Below, in pieces: positions 9,276 to 19,112 of a stretch of 64,000 bases of DNA. Location: the NCBI GenBank assembly GCA_016871815.1, contig VHBT01000002.1, positions 17,359 to 81,358 on the forward strand, in the 5' to 3' direction. This stretch comes from Candidatus Babelota bacterium. GTDB taxonomy: Bacteria; Babelota; Babeliae; Babelales; GCA-2401785. Positions within the stretch are counted from its first letter, which is position 1, and the number at the start of each line of letters is the position of its first letter. The translations under genes were made by a program, and so were the position numbers. Below the pieces are notes generated by a model. The model had not been told where the DNA came from. It searched no databases and saw only the letters and a program-made list of their open reading frames with translations.

Positions 9276-10804
9276 TTCGATTGGTGCCTATCAAAACATC
9301 GATACGAAAACGCTTCTTTAAGATGTGATTCATTAATTTTTTCTGACGACTCAAAATCAGCAATTGTTCGCGCTAATTTTAATATTTTATGATACGAACG
9401 CATGCTCAGACCCAAACGATCAAACATTTTTTTTACCAAAAGCTCAGCATTTGTGGTTAATGTACAAAATTGCTCGATCTGGCTTGGAGAAAGAAGCCCG
9501 TTGGGTATATCGCCCTGGCGGTTGCATCTAAATGCTCGAGCGATATCAACTTCTGCTTTCATCTCGGCGGAAGTTTTTTCTGTGGTTGAAGAATTTTTTA
9601 GCTCATCATATGACAACGATGCGACTCGCACATGAATATCAAGTCGATCAAGTAACGGCCCGGAAAGTTTTCCTAAATACTTTTCGATTGACTGCGAACT
9701 GCAGTTGCACTTTTTTGATTCATCACCATAAAAACCACACGGACAGGGATTGAGCGCTGCAACCAGCAAAAATGAGGCGGGAAAATCAACTGAATATTGA
9801 GCCCTGGAAATATGAACCACCTTTTCTTCCAACGGCTGGCGAAGAGTTTCGACCGTCGTACGTGAAAATTCTGTTAATTCATCCAAAAACAAGACCCCGT
9901 TGTGAGCCAAGCTAATCTCTCCTGGCTGCGGATGAGAACCTCCACCAACAAGACCAACTTGCGAAATGGTGTGATGTGGCGCACGAAATGGACGCGAATA
10001 GACAAGTTCATCTCGCGAGAATTTTCCAGCAACAGAATAAATTTTTGTAGTTTCTAACACCTCGGCAAACGTTTGCTGCGGTAATATGGTAGGAAGTCTT
10101 TTTGCAAGCATTGTTTTTCCACCCCCAGGAGATCCAATAAACAATGTATTGTGCCATCCCGCAGCTGCAAGCTGTAACGCTCGCTTTGCTTGGCGCTGCC
10201 CTTTTACCTGAGAAAAATCATCCAAAAAACGTTGCTGAACGGCAAGTAATTTTTTAAGGTCTGTCACTGAAGGCTCAAGAGTAATCTCACCTCGAAGCCA
10301 CGCCACGAGTTGAACTAAATTTTCAACCCCAATAACCTCAATTCCTTCTATCAATTGAGCTTCGTAAACATTTTGTAATGGAACAACAACGCGTTTTTTG
10401 CCAAATCCCAACACCCCATGAACAATCGAAACGGTTCCAATAATTGGTCTAATTTGACCGTCCAGCGACAATTCCCCAAGAAATACCGTTTCATCCAAAA
10501 AACTTTTATCCAATTTTACAAGCTGAGCAGCTTGCAACAACGCCACCGCAATAGGAACATCAAATAATGAATCTTGTTTTTTAAGATTAGCAGGCGCCAA
10601 ATTAACCGTAACCAAACGATCAGGCATCTTAAGGCCACAATTCTTAAAAGCTGCGCGAATACGGTCTTTACTCTCTTTGATAGCCTTATCGGGCAATCCA
10701 ACAATAAAAAAATTTACCAATCCAAACGATAAATCAACTTCAACTTCGATCAACGAAGCATTAACCCCAAGGGTTGTTGCAGAAAAAACTTTTGCGTGCG
10801 CCAC
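9272..10804 (-). CDS. comM: YifB/ComM-family Mg-chelatase-like AAA+ ATPase
   Basis: 510 aa. Typical N-terminus (ATTLGVNASLIEVEVDLSFGLVNFFIVGLPDKAIKESKDRI), Walker A GSPGGGKTMLAKRLPTILP and Cys cluster NPCPCGFYGDESKKCNCS. Confidence 0.85.
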   Translation of the reverse strand: MAHAKVFSATTLGVNASLIEVEVDLSFGLVNFFIVGLPDKAIKESKDRIRAAFKNCGLKMPDRLVTVNLAPANLKKQDSLFDVPIAVALLQAAQLVKLDKSFLDETVFLGELSLDGQIRPIIGTVSIVHGVLGFGKKRVVVPLQNVYEAQLIEGIEVIGVENLVQLVAWLRGEITLEPSVTDLKKLLAVQQRFLDDFSQVKGQRQAKRALQLAAAGWHNTLFIGSPGGGKTMLAKRLPTILPQQTFAEVLETTKIYSVAGKFSRDELVYSRPFRAPHHTISQVGLVGGGSHPQPGEISLAHNGVLFLDELTEFSRTTVETLRQPLEEKVVHISRAQYSVDFPASFLLVAALNPCPCGFYGDESKKCNCSSQSIEKYLGKLSGPLLDRLDIHVRVASLSYDELKNSSTTEKTSAEMKAEVDIARAFRCNRQGDIPNGLLSPSQIEQFCTLTTNAELLVKKMFDRLGLSMRSYHKILKLARTIADFESSEKINESHLKEAFSYRCFDRHQSK

Positions 10805-11090
10805 AATAAAAAACTTTTAAATCAAAAACGAAAATCATATAAATCATCTAATCTCAAGACCCCAAAAAATCAAATAACTGTAACAATCTAAGCTTTTCCC
10901 TAAAATATGCACATCTTCATCCCTACAAACAATTTTAAAATCTTAATCTTTTCAATGCGAATCAACCTGTTTTATAAAAAGCGGAAAAAGCGCTCTATTT
11001 TTAACATTTTATAAAATAATAAAAAAACAAACCCAATACATAAACTAAATCCTCTCACATCGCTCTTTTCTATAAAAAATTAAGGAATCT

Positions 11091-13160
11091 ATGAAATTTA
11101 TACAATTTTTACTACTCGCCTGCTCGTGCTGTTTTTTGCTCAACTCAGCACCAAAAAGAAGAAAACCCAAACAAAAAGCTGTTGCAACAACAGCCGTCGA
11201 GCCTGAACTAACAACCGGCGGAGGTGACGAAGCTGCAGCCGGCGGTGCAGAAGCTGCTCTTGCAGCTATCGACACTACACTCGATCCACGAGTAGCTCAC
11301 ATTCTCGATAAAAAACAACAGTATCTGTACCTCAATTCAAAAGAAATTGCTGAATACGAAGCTGGAATAGATTCCTTTACCCTCAAAATCGCGCCAAAAG
11401 GATTTCGCGTTTTGAGTATCACTGGCAAAATGTCCAGAGAAAATCAGGGATTTGTTAAAAACAATCAATTAACATCTGTCCAAGAATTAAAAAAAACTCT
11501 CGGTCAAATAACCCAAAATTTGCCTGTAATTGTAGCAACAGCACGCCCACCTGCAAGAACAGAAGACCTCTCTAGAATCTTTGAACGAATTGATAATGCA
11601 TTTCGCTTGCTTGAACCAAAATTAAAGTTTACCTCTGTAACCGTTTCAAACGAGATACATTTTAAAAAACTGTTGCTCGAAATTGTCGATTTTATAGAAG
11701 CTATTGCATGGTTTGTTCATTACTCTCAAGCCACAGATCCCTTATTCATAATAAGTGTTGATAGCGTGCTAAAAGGCATTCGTGGCATGTTTGGAATAAT
11801 GGATAGAGCTGTTGCCATAAAAAACATGCGTAAAGATGTAAGCCTTGCAGCGGCAGATACGCTCAAAGAAAGTTGCTTGAGTGAACTTCTTGCTCCACTG
11901 CTAACACATGAAGCAGCCGCAAGTTCTCCGATTGATCAAATTCAACAAGCAACAAGAATCCTCAGCGAAGAATATGGTCCCATCATGAGAGATTTTTACC
12001 CAGATTCTGTGCGCAATAAAGCATTATTTGATTTTTTTTCACTTGATGACACATGCTGGCTCTCTTTAGCTGCAATAACTCAAATCGAAGACATCTCAAA
12101 AAAAACACCTTCTCAGCTCAAATGTGAAATAAAAACAAAACTAAGCTTAATTATAACGACTCTTGTATTCACAATAATTAAATACCTTCAAGAGCAAGCC
12201 GCTTCTGGTAATGACGCTAGTCATGCTTGTTTTGAATATTACACCCAAGAATCAATTCGTTTGTTCTCTTGCCACAATCCTCAAATCAAAGACGCTTTTA
12301 AGTCAAAACTCTCAAAACTAAAAGAACAATTTCTTGCAATACACAGACCTTCCCTAGATTTTGTAACTGACTCCCTTAAAGCGTCTACGGACAGCCTGCT
12401 CTTCTGCCTATGCTCAAGAACAGTTCTTCCCCCTCCAGAGATTGTGCACGATGAAGCAATAGCAAATTGTGTAGAAATTTTAAAAAGGGTAAATCGCTTT
12501 TTCAAAGAAAAAGAAGATTTGTCTCTTGAAAAACTTACACCGTTACTTCATGGAGAAATTCCTGATCGAGACTCCCGACGCAAAATGATGCCTGCGCACA
12601 CTCGAGTTGACGTAATGGTGATCCCATCGTATAGGGATGAAAGGACACTTCCCTTTTGTGAAGATATTTCACAATTCAAACTCGTGCTTCCAATGGCAAG
12701 AATGAAAGACCTTGCAAGAGTTCCAGATTGGATGATATATATCACGAGAAACTTCTCTCAAGAAGACTCCTTCTTTGATTCGATAATCAACTCCCCTCAA
12801 ATGTTTAACTATAAATATGAACAAAAAGATACAACTGCTATTCTTGCCGACTTAGAAACGCTTTGCTTGAGATACAAAGAAAACGCCGACTCTCAAGACT
12901 TACTTCTTGATGGCCGGCCAGGGCTTTCTATCACCAGACTTATGGCTATTTTTTCAAGCCTCAAGCAGCTCATCTGCACTCAAGGCCAAATACCACTACG
13001 TATAAAACTAGATATCTGGAACAGAGCCATGGACATGAATCTAGAAATCACAGATCTTCTGCAAGTTGAAGCATGGCTGAAACAAATAGACCCTTCATTT
13101 CATGGAATTGAATTTCCAGACGTGGAAACCGAAGAATACGATGAAGAGGAAGAATCATAA
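11091..13160 (+). CDS. Secreted hypothetical protein (689 aa) with an acidic C-terminus
   Basis: Long ORF with signal-like MKFIQFLLLACSCCFLLNSA, an A/G/T-rich linker, and the tail ETEEYDEEEES. No family recognised. Confidence 0.65.
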   Translation: MKFIQFLLLACSCCFLLNSAPKRRKPKQKAVATTAVEPELTTGGGDEAAAGGAEAALAAIDTTLDPRVAHILDKKQQYLYLNSKEIAEYEAGIDSFTLKIAPKGFRVLSITGKMSRENQGFVKNNQLTSVQELKKTLGQITQNLPVIVATARPPARTEDLSRIFERIDNAFRLLEPKLKFTSVTVSNEIHFKKLLLEIVDFIEAIAWFVHYSQATDPLFIISVDSVLKGIRGMFGIMDRAVAIKNMRKDVSLAAADTLKESCLSELLAPLLTHEAAASSPIDQIQQATRILSEEYGPIMRDFYPDSVRNKALFDFFSLDDTCWLSLAAITQIEDISKKTPSQLKCEIKTKLSLIITTLVFTIIKYLQEQAASGNDASHACFEYYTQESIRLFSCHNPQIKDAFKSKLSKLKEQFLAIHRPSLDFVTDSLKASTDSLLFCLCSRTVLPPPEIVHDEAIANCVEILKRVNRFFKEKEDLSLEKLTPLLHGEIPDRDSRRKMMPAHTRVDVMVIPSYRDERTLPFCEDISQFKLVLPMARMKDLARVPDWMIYITRNFSQEDSFFDSIINSPQMFNYKYEQKDTTAILADLETLCLRYKENADSQDLLLDGRPGLSITRLMAIFSSLKQLICTQGQIPLRIKLDIWNRAMDMNLEITDLLQVEAWLKQIDPSFHGIEFPDVETEEYDEEEES

Positions 13161-13311
13161 GAAAATAAATCAAAAAGTGTGGTTAACTAAGTTTTTTAAT
13201 CTAAAAATTAAAGCGATTTTGTTAACCACAAACTTAATTGACCGTCAATCACGGTAAAAGATACGCTAACTTGATGCTTAAAAAATTTTATGCTGATTCA
13301 TACTTGAGCGC

Positions 13312-14265
13312 ATGAGAATTATTTGTATTTTGTTTTTATTGGTATCGATCTCCGCAAATTCGCATCCGTGGAAAATAACCTCTACCAATGGCGTTATTGT
13401 GGAACCGTCTAACGGTCGATTTGGCGATAGTCTTCTTCATTTTTGCCACGGACTCTATTTTGCTTTCAAAAATGGCTATACATTTTTTTACAACACATTC
13501 AAACACTCAGATGAATTGGTACTAACAAACGTGTTTGAAGAAAACCCTTCTCAAGATGGTCTTTTTAAAAAAAAAATAATTTTTGAAGAAAATGAAAAAA
13601 AAGCTTTATGCAAAGAAGAACCACTCAACACCCTTATTTGCATCCCCTACTTTTCCGAATCCTTTTTTTCACCACTTTTCTATGTCGACTGGGAAAACCC
13701 TGAATTTAAAAAAATATTAAAATCTTTGGTTACCCCTGTTAAAAAACTTTCACTAATTCATCCACCCAAAAACATCCTTTCTGTAGCTGTTCACATCAGG
13801 CGTGGCGGCTCATTTGAACACTGGAAACCAAGCCAAAAACACGGATACCATCTCTACAAAATTCCAGAATTAGAATTTTACATAGATCAAATAAAAGTTC
13901 TTTATACCCTTTTTAACGAACAGCCTCTTTATGTACACATTTTTACCGACGATGAACATCCTGCAAAAATAGCCCATACAATAAAAAAGGCATTAAAAAA
14001 ATCAGATATCACTATCGATTATCGAAGAGAAAACAATCATCACAACACAAACGTCTTAGAAGATTTTTTTTCCATAATGCATTTTGACGCACTCATTCGC
14101 CCAGATTCAAACTTTTCAATCATGGCAGAAAAATTAGGTGATCACGCTGTCATCATCTCGCCAGGGGATTTTAGAGCAGACTTAATGATTCAATATGGTT
14201 CAATTAAAGTCACAGACTCGTTTAAAAATATACGAAAAAAATACCTTATTTTACCTCAAGAATGA
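13312..14265 (+). CDS. Putative secreted or anchored glycosyltransferase with fucosyltransferase-superfamily motifs
   Basis: 317 aa with N-terminal hydrophobic segment. AVHIRRGGSF, YVHIFTDDEHP and DFFSIMHFDALIRPDSNFSIMAEKLG parallel motifs I-III of GT11/GT23-type fucosyltransferases (HxRRGD, fSDD, ...nSTFSwWaa). Confidence 0.45.
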   Translation: MRIICILFLLVSISANSHPWKITSTNGVIVEPSNGRFGDSLLHFCHGLYFAFKNGYTFFYNTFKHSDELVLTNVFEENPSQDGLFKKKIIFEENEKKALCKEEPLNTLICIPYFSESFFSPLFYVDWENPEFKKILKSLVTPVKKLSLIHPPKNILSVAVHIRRGGSFEHWKPSQKHGYHLYKIPELEFYIDQIKVLYTLFNEQPLYVHIFTDDEHPAKIAHTIKKALKKSDITIDYRRENNHHNTNVLEDFFSIMHFDALIRPDSNFSIMAEKLGDHAVIISPGDFRADLMIQYGSIKVTDSFKNIRKKYLILPQE

Positions 14266-14331
14266 CAAAACCTTTTAATCGCGCTAAGCTAAAAACAATA
14301 AGAACGATGCTTCAGCTGGAACGGAACATCT

Positions 14332-14787
14332 ATGATTTTAACACCTTTTTATCTTTGGACACTTATCGGCATAGTTCTTATTCTTCTAGAATTATGTTCG
14401 CCTGGCCTTTTTGTTTGTTTAGCTTTTGGAATCAGCGGACTTTCAACTGGATTGCTATCATTTTTATTCAAAGATTTCTCATGGCATCAGGAATTTTTCG
14501 TTATCTATGGAGCGATTATCTTCTTTGTATTAAAGCTTAAAATCGAACATTTTAACTATTCTCACAAGCAAAACCCTCATATCACAAGCAATATACAATC
14601 GCTGATTGGAAAACAAGCACACCTGGAACAACCGCTCAGTCCTGGCGAATGCGGCTATGCATATGTAGAAAAAGAACTCTGGAGCTGTAAAAACAATAGT
14701 CAAACTATTTTAACTAACGACGTTGGTGTAATCGTTGTAAATATTCAAGGAAATACGCTTATTCTTAAATCAAAGGAACTCTCATGA
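14332..14787 (+). CDS. nfeD: NfeD-family membrane protein
   Basis: 151 aa. TM helices followed by a C-terminal OB-like segment (LSPGECGYAYVEKELWSCKNNSQTILTNDVGVIVVNIQGNTLILK). ATGA overlap with the downstream SPFH gene, the classical NfeD-SPFH pairing. Confidence 0.7.
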   Translation: MILTPFYLWTLIGIVLILLELCSPGLFVCLAFGISGLSTGLLSFLFKDFSWHQEFFVIYGAIIFFVLKLKIEHFNYSHKQNPHITSNIQSLIGKQAHLEQPLSPGECGYAYVEKELWSCKNNSQTILTNDVGVIVVNIQGNTLILKSKELS

Positions 14788-15779
14788 GCATTTTATTAGA
14801 TTTTGGCTTTTTAGCCTTCATCACAACTTTTATTTTGTTTATCATCATCAAAGGAACGTATCAAGTTTCACAGGCTGAAGTAATAGTTATTGAACGTTTT
14901 GGTAAATTTCACTCTATTTTGGACTCAGGAATTCATTTCACTGTGCCATTTATGGACGCGCCACGCATAGTACACTGGACGTTTTTTAAGCAAGAAGCCA
15001 ATTCAAAGCGATATTACAGTTATATTCAGTCGGATTATCGTATCGATCTACGAGAAACAACGTATGATTTCCCTCGCCAAAATGTAATCACCAAAGATAA
15101 CGTCACAATGGAAATTAATGCACTTTTGTACTATCAAATTACCGATCCTGTGCGTGCTGTTTACGAAATTAACAACTTGTCTCTGGCAATTGAAAAGCTC
15201 ACACAAACAACACTTCGTGATGTGATCGGATACATGGATCTTGATGAAACACTCATTTCTCGAGAAGCAATTAATCATAAATTACGCATCAGACTTGATG
15301 AAGCAACTGACAAGTGGGGCGTAAAAATTAACCGCGTTGAACTACAAGAAATTAACCCTCCACACGACATTCAAGTTGCCATGGAAAAACAAATGAAAGC
15401 CGAACGTGACCGTCGAGCACATATCCTTGAAGCTGAAGGTCTTAAAAGAGCTCAGATTCTTGAGGCAGAAGGTTATCGCCAATCCAAACTTGAACGCGCA
15501 GAAGGTGAAGCTCAAGCTCAACTTGCACTCGCTCGAGCAGAAGCAGAAGCAAAGCTCCTTCTTGCAAAAGCAGAAGCTGATTCTATCAACTTCATCAAAC
15601 AAAGTCTGCCCGATGCCAATCCTGCAAACTATGTTATTGCAACTAAGTACATAAAAGCATTTTCTGAAGCGATGGCCGATTCTAAAGGAAAAACAATTGT
15701 TGTTCCATACGAAGCTGCAGGGTTTGCAGGTGCAACAACCGCGCTCAGAGAAATCTTAAATACGAACATTCAAAAATAA
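14784..15779 (+). CDS. SPFH/band-7 (stomatin/prohibitin-like) membrane protein
   Basis: 331 aa. N-terminal TM, SPFH core (VIVIERFGKFHSIL..GIHFTVPFMD...ITKDNVTMEINALLYYQITDPVRAVYEI) and an Ala/Glu-rich coiled coil. Confidence 0.85.
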   Translation: MSILLDFGFLAFITTFILFIIIKGTYQVSQAEVIVIERFGKFHSILDSGIHFTVPFMDAPRIVHWTFFKQEANSKRYYSYIQSDYRIDLRETTYDFPRQNVITKDNVTMEINALLYYQITDPVRAVYEINNLSLAIEKLTQTTLRDVIGYMDLDETLISREAINHKLRIRLDEATDKWGVKINRVELQEINPPHDIQVAMEKQMKAERDRRAHILEAEGLKRAQILEAEGYRQSKLERAEGEAQAQLALARAEAEAKLLLAKAEADSINFIKQSLPDANPANYVIATKYIKAFSEAMADSKGKTIVVPYEAAGFAGATTALREILNTNIQK

Positions 15780-15794
15780 TAAACTCTAAGTAAA

Positions 15795-15824
15795 CTAGGC
15801 CTGATTCGTCAGGCCTAGTTTTTT
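15795..15824 (+). terminator. Rho-independent terminator after the SPFH gene
   Basis: Perfect 10-bp stem ctaggcctga / tcaggcctag with a TTCG tetraloop, followed by TTTTTT. Confidence 0.8.
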
Positions 15825-15833
15825 ATAAAAATA

Positions 15834-17381
15834 ATGAATGAATTTATTAAAAACCAAATTAATAAACTCCCCCACACTCCTGGTGTTTATTTTTTCAAAA
15901 CCAGTCAAACAGAAATGCTTTACATCGGAAAAGCCAAAGATCTGCGCAATCGATGTTCATCATACCTACAGCCTAAGGCCGATGATCTAAAAGGCTTAAC
16001 TATCGACCAAACAGCAACTCATTTTGAATTCAAGGAAACATCTTCAGAACTTGAAGCGCTCTTACTCGAAGCCGAACTTATTCAACACCATCGTCCACCC
16101 CTGAATGTATTACTCAAAGATGGACAACCCTTTCTCTATTTTCTCATAACAACCGAGACCGTCCCACGACTTATTCTTACCAGGACAAAAAAACTTAAAG
16201 GCTCATACTTTGGGCCGTTTATCGAAAAATCACAAGCTCGATCTTTGCATGCATTTTTACTCAAAACATTCAGACTCGAAACATGCTCGCGCAAAATGCC
16301 ACACGGCTGCTTGCGATACCACATGGGGATTTGCGCCGGCACCTGCAAGCCAGATTTTGATCTTACTGAATACAAAAAAAGGCTAGATTTGATTAAAAAT
16401 CTGTTTGTCAGCGGCAATAAAAAGCTCTTTGCAGAAATTGATTCTCTCATCGAATCTCATAACGAAAAAATGGAATTTGAAGTATCAAAAAAACTAGTCG
16501 ACGCAAAGATGCAACTTACAAGTTTTCTCGCACACAAAACATCAATTCTCAACTGGCGAAACTCGCTCGAAGAATTGACCTCTCGTCACATTTGGATTAA
16601 GCATAAAAATCATGTCTACTTGCTTGAAGAGAAAAAATTAAAATTCAGCATAACGTACACTTTTTTGGCAGATTCAGATGAACCAATCGATACCTTTATG
16701 AGCACCTACTACCAACAATATCAACCACCTCGCGAACTCATGTGTAACCAAGAGCTAGAAAATAAATTATTAATTTCTCAATTTTTAAAAACACGATGGA
16801 ATCAGCCTCAAGAAACACTTTTTATTGATGCACACTCACACCACCTTGACCACATCATGTCACTAGCCCTTCTTGAAGTTGCCAATAAAGCTCAAACAAA
16901 AAACGATTCCGCTAAAGATCTTAAACAATTTTTAAATCTCAATTTCGAACCACATGTAATCGACTGTTTTGATATTTCACACCTGCAGGGAACTAATATT
17001 GTTGCCTCCTGTGTGCGGTTTGTAGATGGCGTTCCCTTCAAAAATGGCTGCCGAAAATTTATTATTCAATCTTTGACCAACCAAAATGACTACGCAGCAC
17101 TCCAGGAAGCAGTCTCACGCAGATACAAGAACCAAAATGAATTACCAGATCTTATCCTCATCGATGGAGGCAAGGGACAACTTAATGCGGTGAGGGCCGT
17201 TTTTGATCTTGTACATCTTGCAAGTATTGCAAAGCGCGAAGAGCGCATCTTTTCAGACACGCTCCCCACAGAAGGAAAACTCGTAAATCGTAAAAGCAAG
17301 GGGGGCAAAACCCTTATGGCCATTCGTGATTATGCTCACCATTTTGCTATTTCGTTTCAACGCAGCCGAAGATCAAATTAA
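15834..17381 (+). CDS. uvrC: Excinuclease ABC subunit C, short form lacking the C-terminal (HhH)2 domain
   Basis: 515 aa. GIY-YIG N-terminus (PGVYFFKTSQTEMLYIGKAKDLRNRCSSYL), Cys motif CLRYHMGICAGTC, and an EndoV-like domain (IDCFDISHLQG...LILIDGGKGQLN). It ends just after AIRDYAHHFAISFQRSRR, where HhH motifs normally follow. Confidence 0.8.
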   Translation: MNEFIKNQINKLPHTPGVYFFKTSQTEMLYIGKAKDLRNRCSSYLQPKADDLKGLTIDQTATHFEFKETSSELEALLLEAELIQHHRPPLNVLLKDGQPFLYFLITTETVPRLILTRTKKLKGSYFGPFIEKSQARSLHAFLLKTFRLETCSRKMPHGCLRYHMGICAGTCKPDFDLTEYKKRLDLIKNLFVSGNKKLFAEIDSLIESHNEKMEFEVSKKLVDAKMQLTSFLAHKTSILNWRNSLEELTSRHIWIKHKNHVYLLEEKKLKFSITYTFLADSDEPIDTFMSTYYQQYQPPRELMCNQELENKLLISQFLKTRWNQPQETLFIDAHSHHLDHIMSLALLEVANKAQTKNDSAKDLKQFLNLNFEPHVIDCFDISHLQGTNIVASCVRFVDGVPFKNGCRKFIIQSLTNQNDYAALQEAVSRRYKNQNELPDLILIDGGKGQLNAVRAVFDLVHLASIAKREERIFSDTLPTEGKLVNRKSKGGKTLMAIRDYAHHFAISFQRSRRSN

Positions 17382-17692
17382 ATTGATTAAATAAAAAAAT
17401 CACAAAAAAGAAGTTCAGGTAAGTATCCTAATCAATGAAGATAACGCTCCGCTTAAAAGGGAGCTCTTTTTTATAAAAAAACCCCATATTTAGCGATTTT
17501 TTTATAAAGATTGGCCAATCATGGCGAAAAACTCAGAAAGCTAATCCTCTCGATAAAATCCTCAAATGAAGGGTAAAAACACAAAAAAGAGCAAAAAAAC
17601 CACATTTCAAATAAAAAAAAGCAAAATAAATATTTTCTTCTTAAGTGCTAAGCTATATCAATAGGTCAAAAAATTAATATAAAAATAACGAT

Positions 17693-18559
17693 ATGCAGCT
17701 CTTCTTCATAGCGCTCATTATTTTAAGCATCTTTGATCGTACAATAGAAAACGCACGATATTGCCTAACCAAAGAACCGATAAATCATGAAAGCATACTA
17801 TCCAAAAATATTAGTTTGCAAATTCAAGAGCTGTGCGCAGAACAACCAAATAAATCTGCTCAAGCATGGCTATTTTTTGCTCATGGATACCCAGGCCCAA
17901 TAAATCTTACCCGAGACGAAGCCCAAGAAAATCTTTTATCTCAAAGTTTTTTTCTCCCACCATCAATTAATTTTTATTCATACGCTCCAGGGTTATGCTT
18001 TTTGCGCAACATAACAAACCTAGGACAAGGAAATGATATAGCTCAAATAGAAAAACACTTGCGCGCCTTTATTGAACATAAAAAAAATCACGCCCCTGAT
18101 AAACCTCTTATCGTAATGGGGCATTCTAATGGAGCCTCTTCTTTAATTGTTACTCTCTGCAAGCATCCTGAATTGGCCAATAATATTGCTCACATTATTT
18201 TACTTGCGCCTTATGCAAATATTTTGGACAACAGATATAAATCTATTTTTAAAAAGAAAAAAGAAATGGTTAGCGCCATTCAAAAAACAATTGCTCCTGG
18301 CTATTCACCTGATGAAAAAAACCCAATCGAATGGATATCTTCTTGTTTGCTGCCTAACCAAAATATCCCAATTACACTTATTCATGCGCAAGATGACTCT
18401 TTTATCAACATCAGTCACTCAAAATTAATTAAAAAAACACTGCGATCTGCTAAATACGCGAATGTATCACTGTTTACAATTCCTAATGGAGATCATCAAT
18501 TCAATACGGAGTGTGGCCCCCTTGATATCATTCACGATAAAATCATGCGGTTTTTATAA
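17693..18559 (+). CDS. Alpha/beta hydrolase (Ser nucleophile), secreted or anchored; paralogue of 19113..20087
   Basis: 288 aa. GHSNG nucleophile elbow, acid IHAQDDSFI and His in NGDHQF. Confidence 0.6.
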   Translation: MQLFFIALIILSIFDRTIENARYCLTKEPINHESILSKNISLQIQELCAEQPNKSAQAWLFFAHGYPGPINLTRDEAQENLLSQSFFLPPSINFYSYAPGLCFLRNITNLGQGNDIAQIEKHLRAFIEHKKNHAPDKPLIVMGHSNGASSLIVTLCKHPELANNIAHIILLAPYANILDNRYKSIFKKKKEMVSAIQKTIAPGYSPDEKNPIEWISSCLLPNQNIPITLIHAQDDSFINISHSKLIKKTLRSAKYANVSLFTIPNGDHQFNTECGPLDIIHDKIMRFL

Positions 18560-18654
18560 TAAAAAAGTTTACATACCCCATTTTTATTTTTTTAATACTT
18601 ATTGCTAACTCAAATTCTACTACGCCGCCTAAACAATTTTTTCTGCAGACACCT

Positions 18655-18966
18655 TTGAAACAACAAAGCATACCACTCTCTATTTCGCTAAATAACGTCA
18701 CAAAAGATATGGGCAAGCTTGCTAAAACTATTATCAATCCAATTGGATTTTGCTACATAACTATTTTTTCTTTTTTGCTAATACGGCACACCCTAATTGC
18801 GCTTGAATGCAACTCTTCAAAATCTTTTTTATGGCGATTTTATATGCAGCTTTTTAAACAACAAAAAAAGATACTCTATCTGGTTGATAAAGTAACAAAA
18901 ATAGTTATCGCATGTAATGTTATATGTCTTATTTTTGAAATCTATTATCGTAAAAAGTATCTCTAA
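18655..18966 (+). CDS. Possible small membrane protein (TTG start; alternative ATG at 18709)
   Basis: 103-aa ORF with two hydrophobic segments in an otherwise empty 550-bp spacer. No homology recognised. Confidence 0.25.
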   Translation: MKQQSIPLSISLNNVTKDMGKLAKTIINPIGFCYITIFSFLLIRHTLIALECNSSKSFLWRFYMQLFKQQKKILYLVDKVTKIVIACNVICLIFEIYYRKKYL

Positions 18967-19112
18967 TAAGAGATTTAATAAAAAATTGATTATTTTCAAC
19001 AAGCCTCTTTTTAAAAATCACCGACAACAGTAGTAACCCTACATCGGTTAGACAAAAAAGCATTTTTGAGAAACACTAAAAATTCAAATTATTAACCTAA
19101 AAAGCTCTTTTT

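Noticed and set aside
14262-14540. 92-aa ORF overlapping the start of the NfeD gene
   Set aside because: It is in a different frame of the same strand over the hydrophobic NfeD N-terminus. The NfeD frame continues into a recognisable C-terminal domain and couples to the SPFH gene.
17382-17692. Possibility that the spacer after uvrC is a decayed (HhH)2 domain (e.g. ...IGQSWRKTQKANPLDKILK*)
   Set aside because: There are only vague resemblances in one short frame, with multiple stops in all frames and an AT-rich composition. It cannot be supported by eye.
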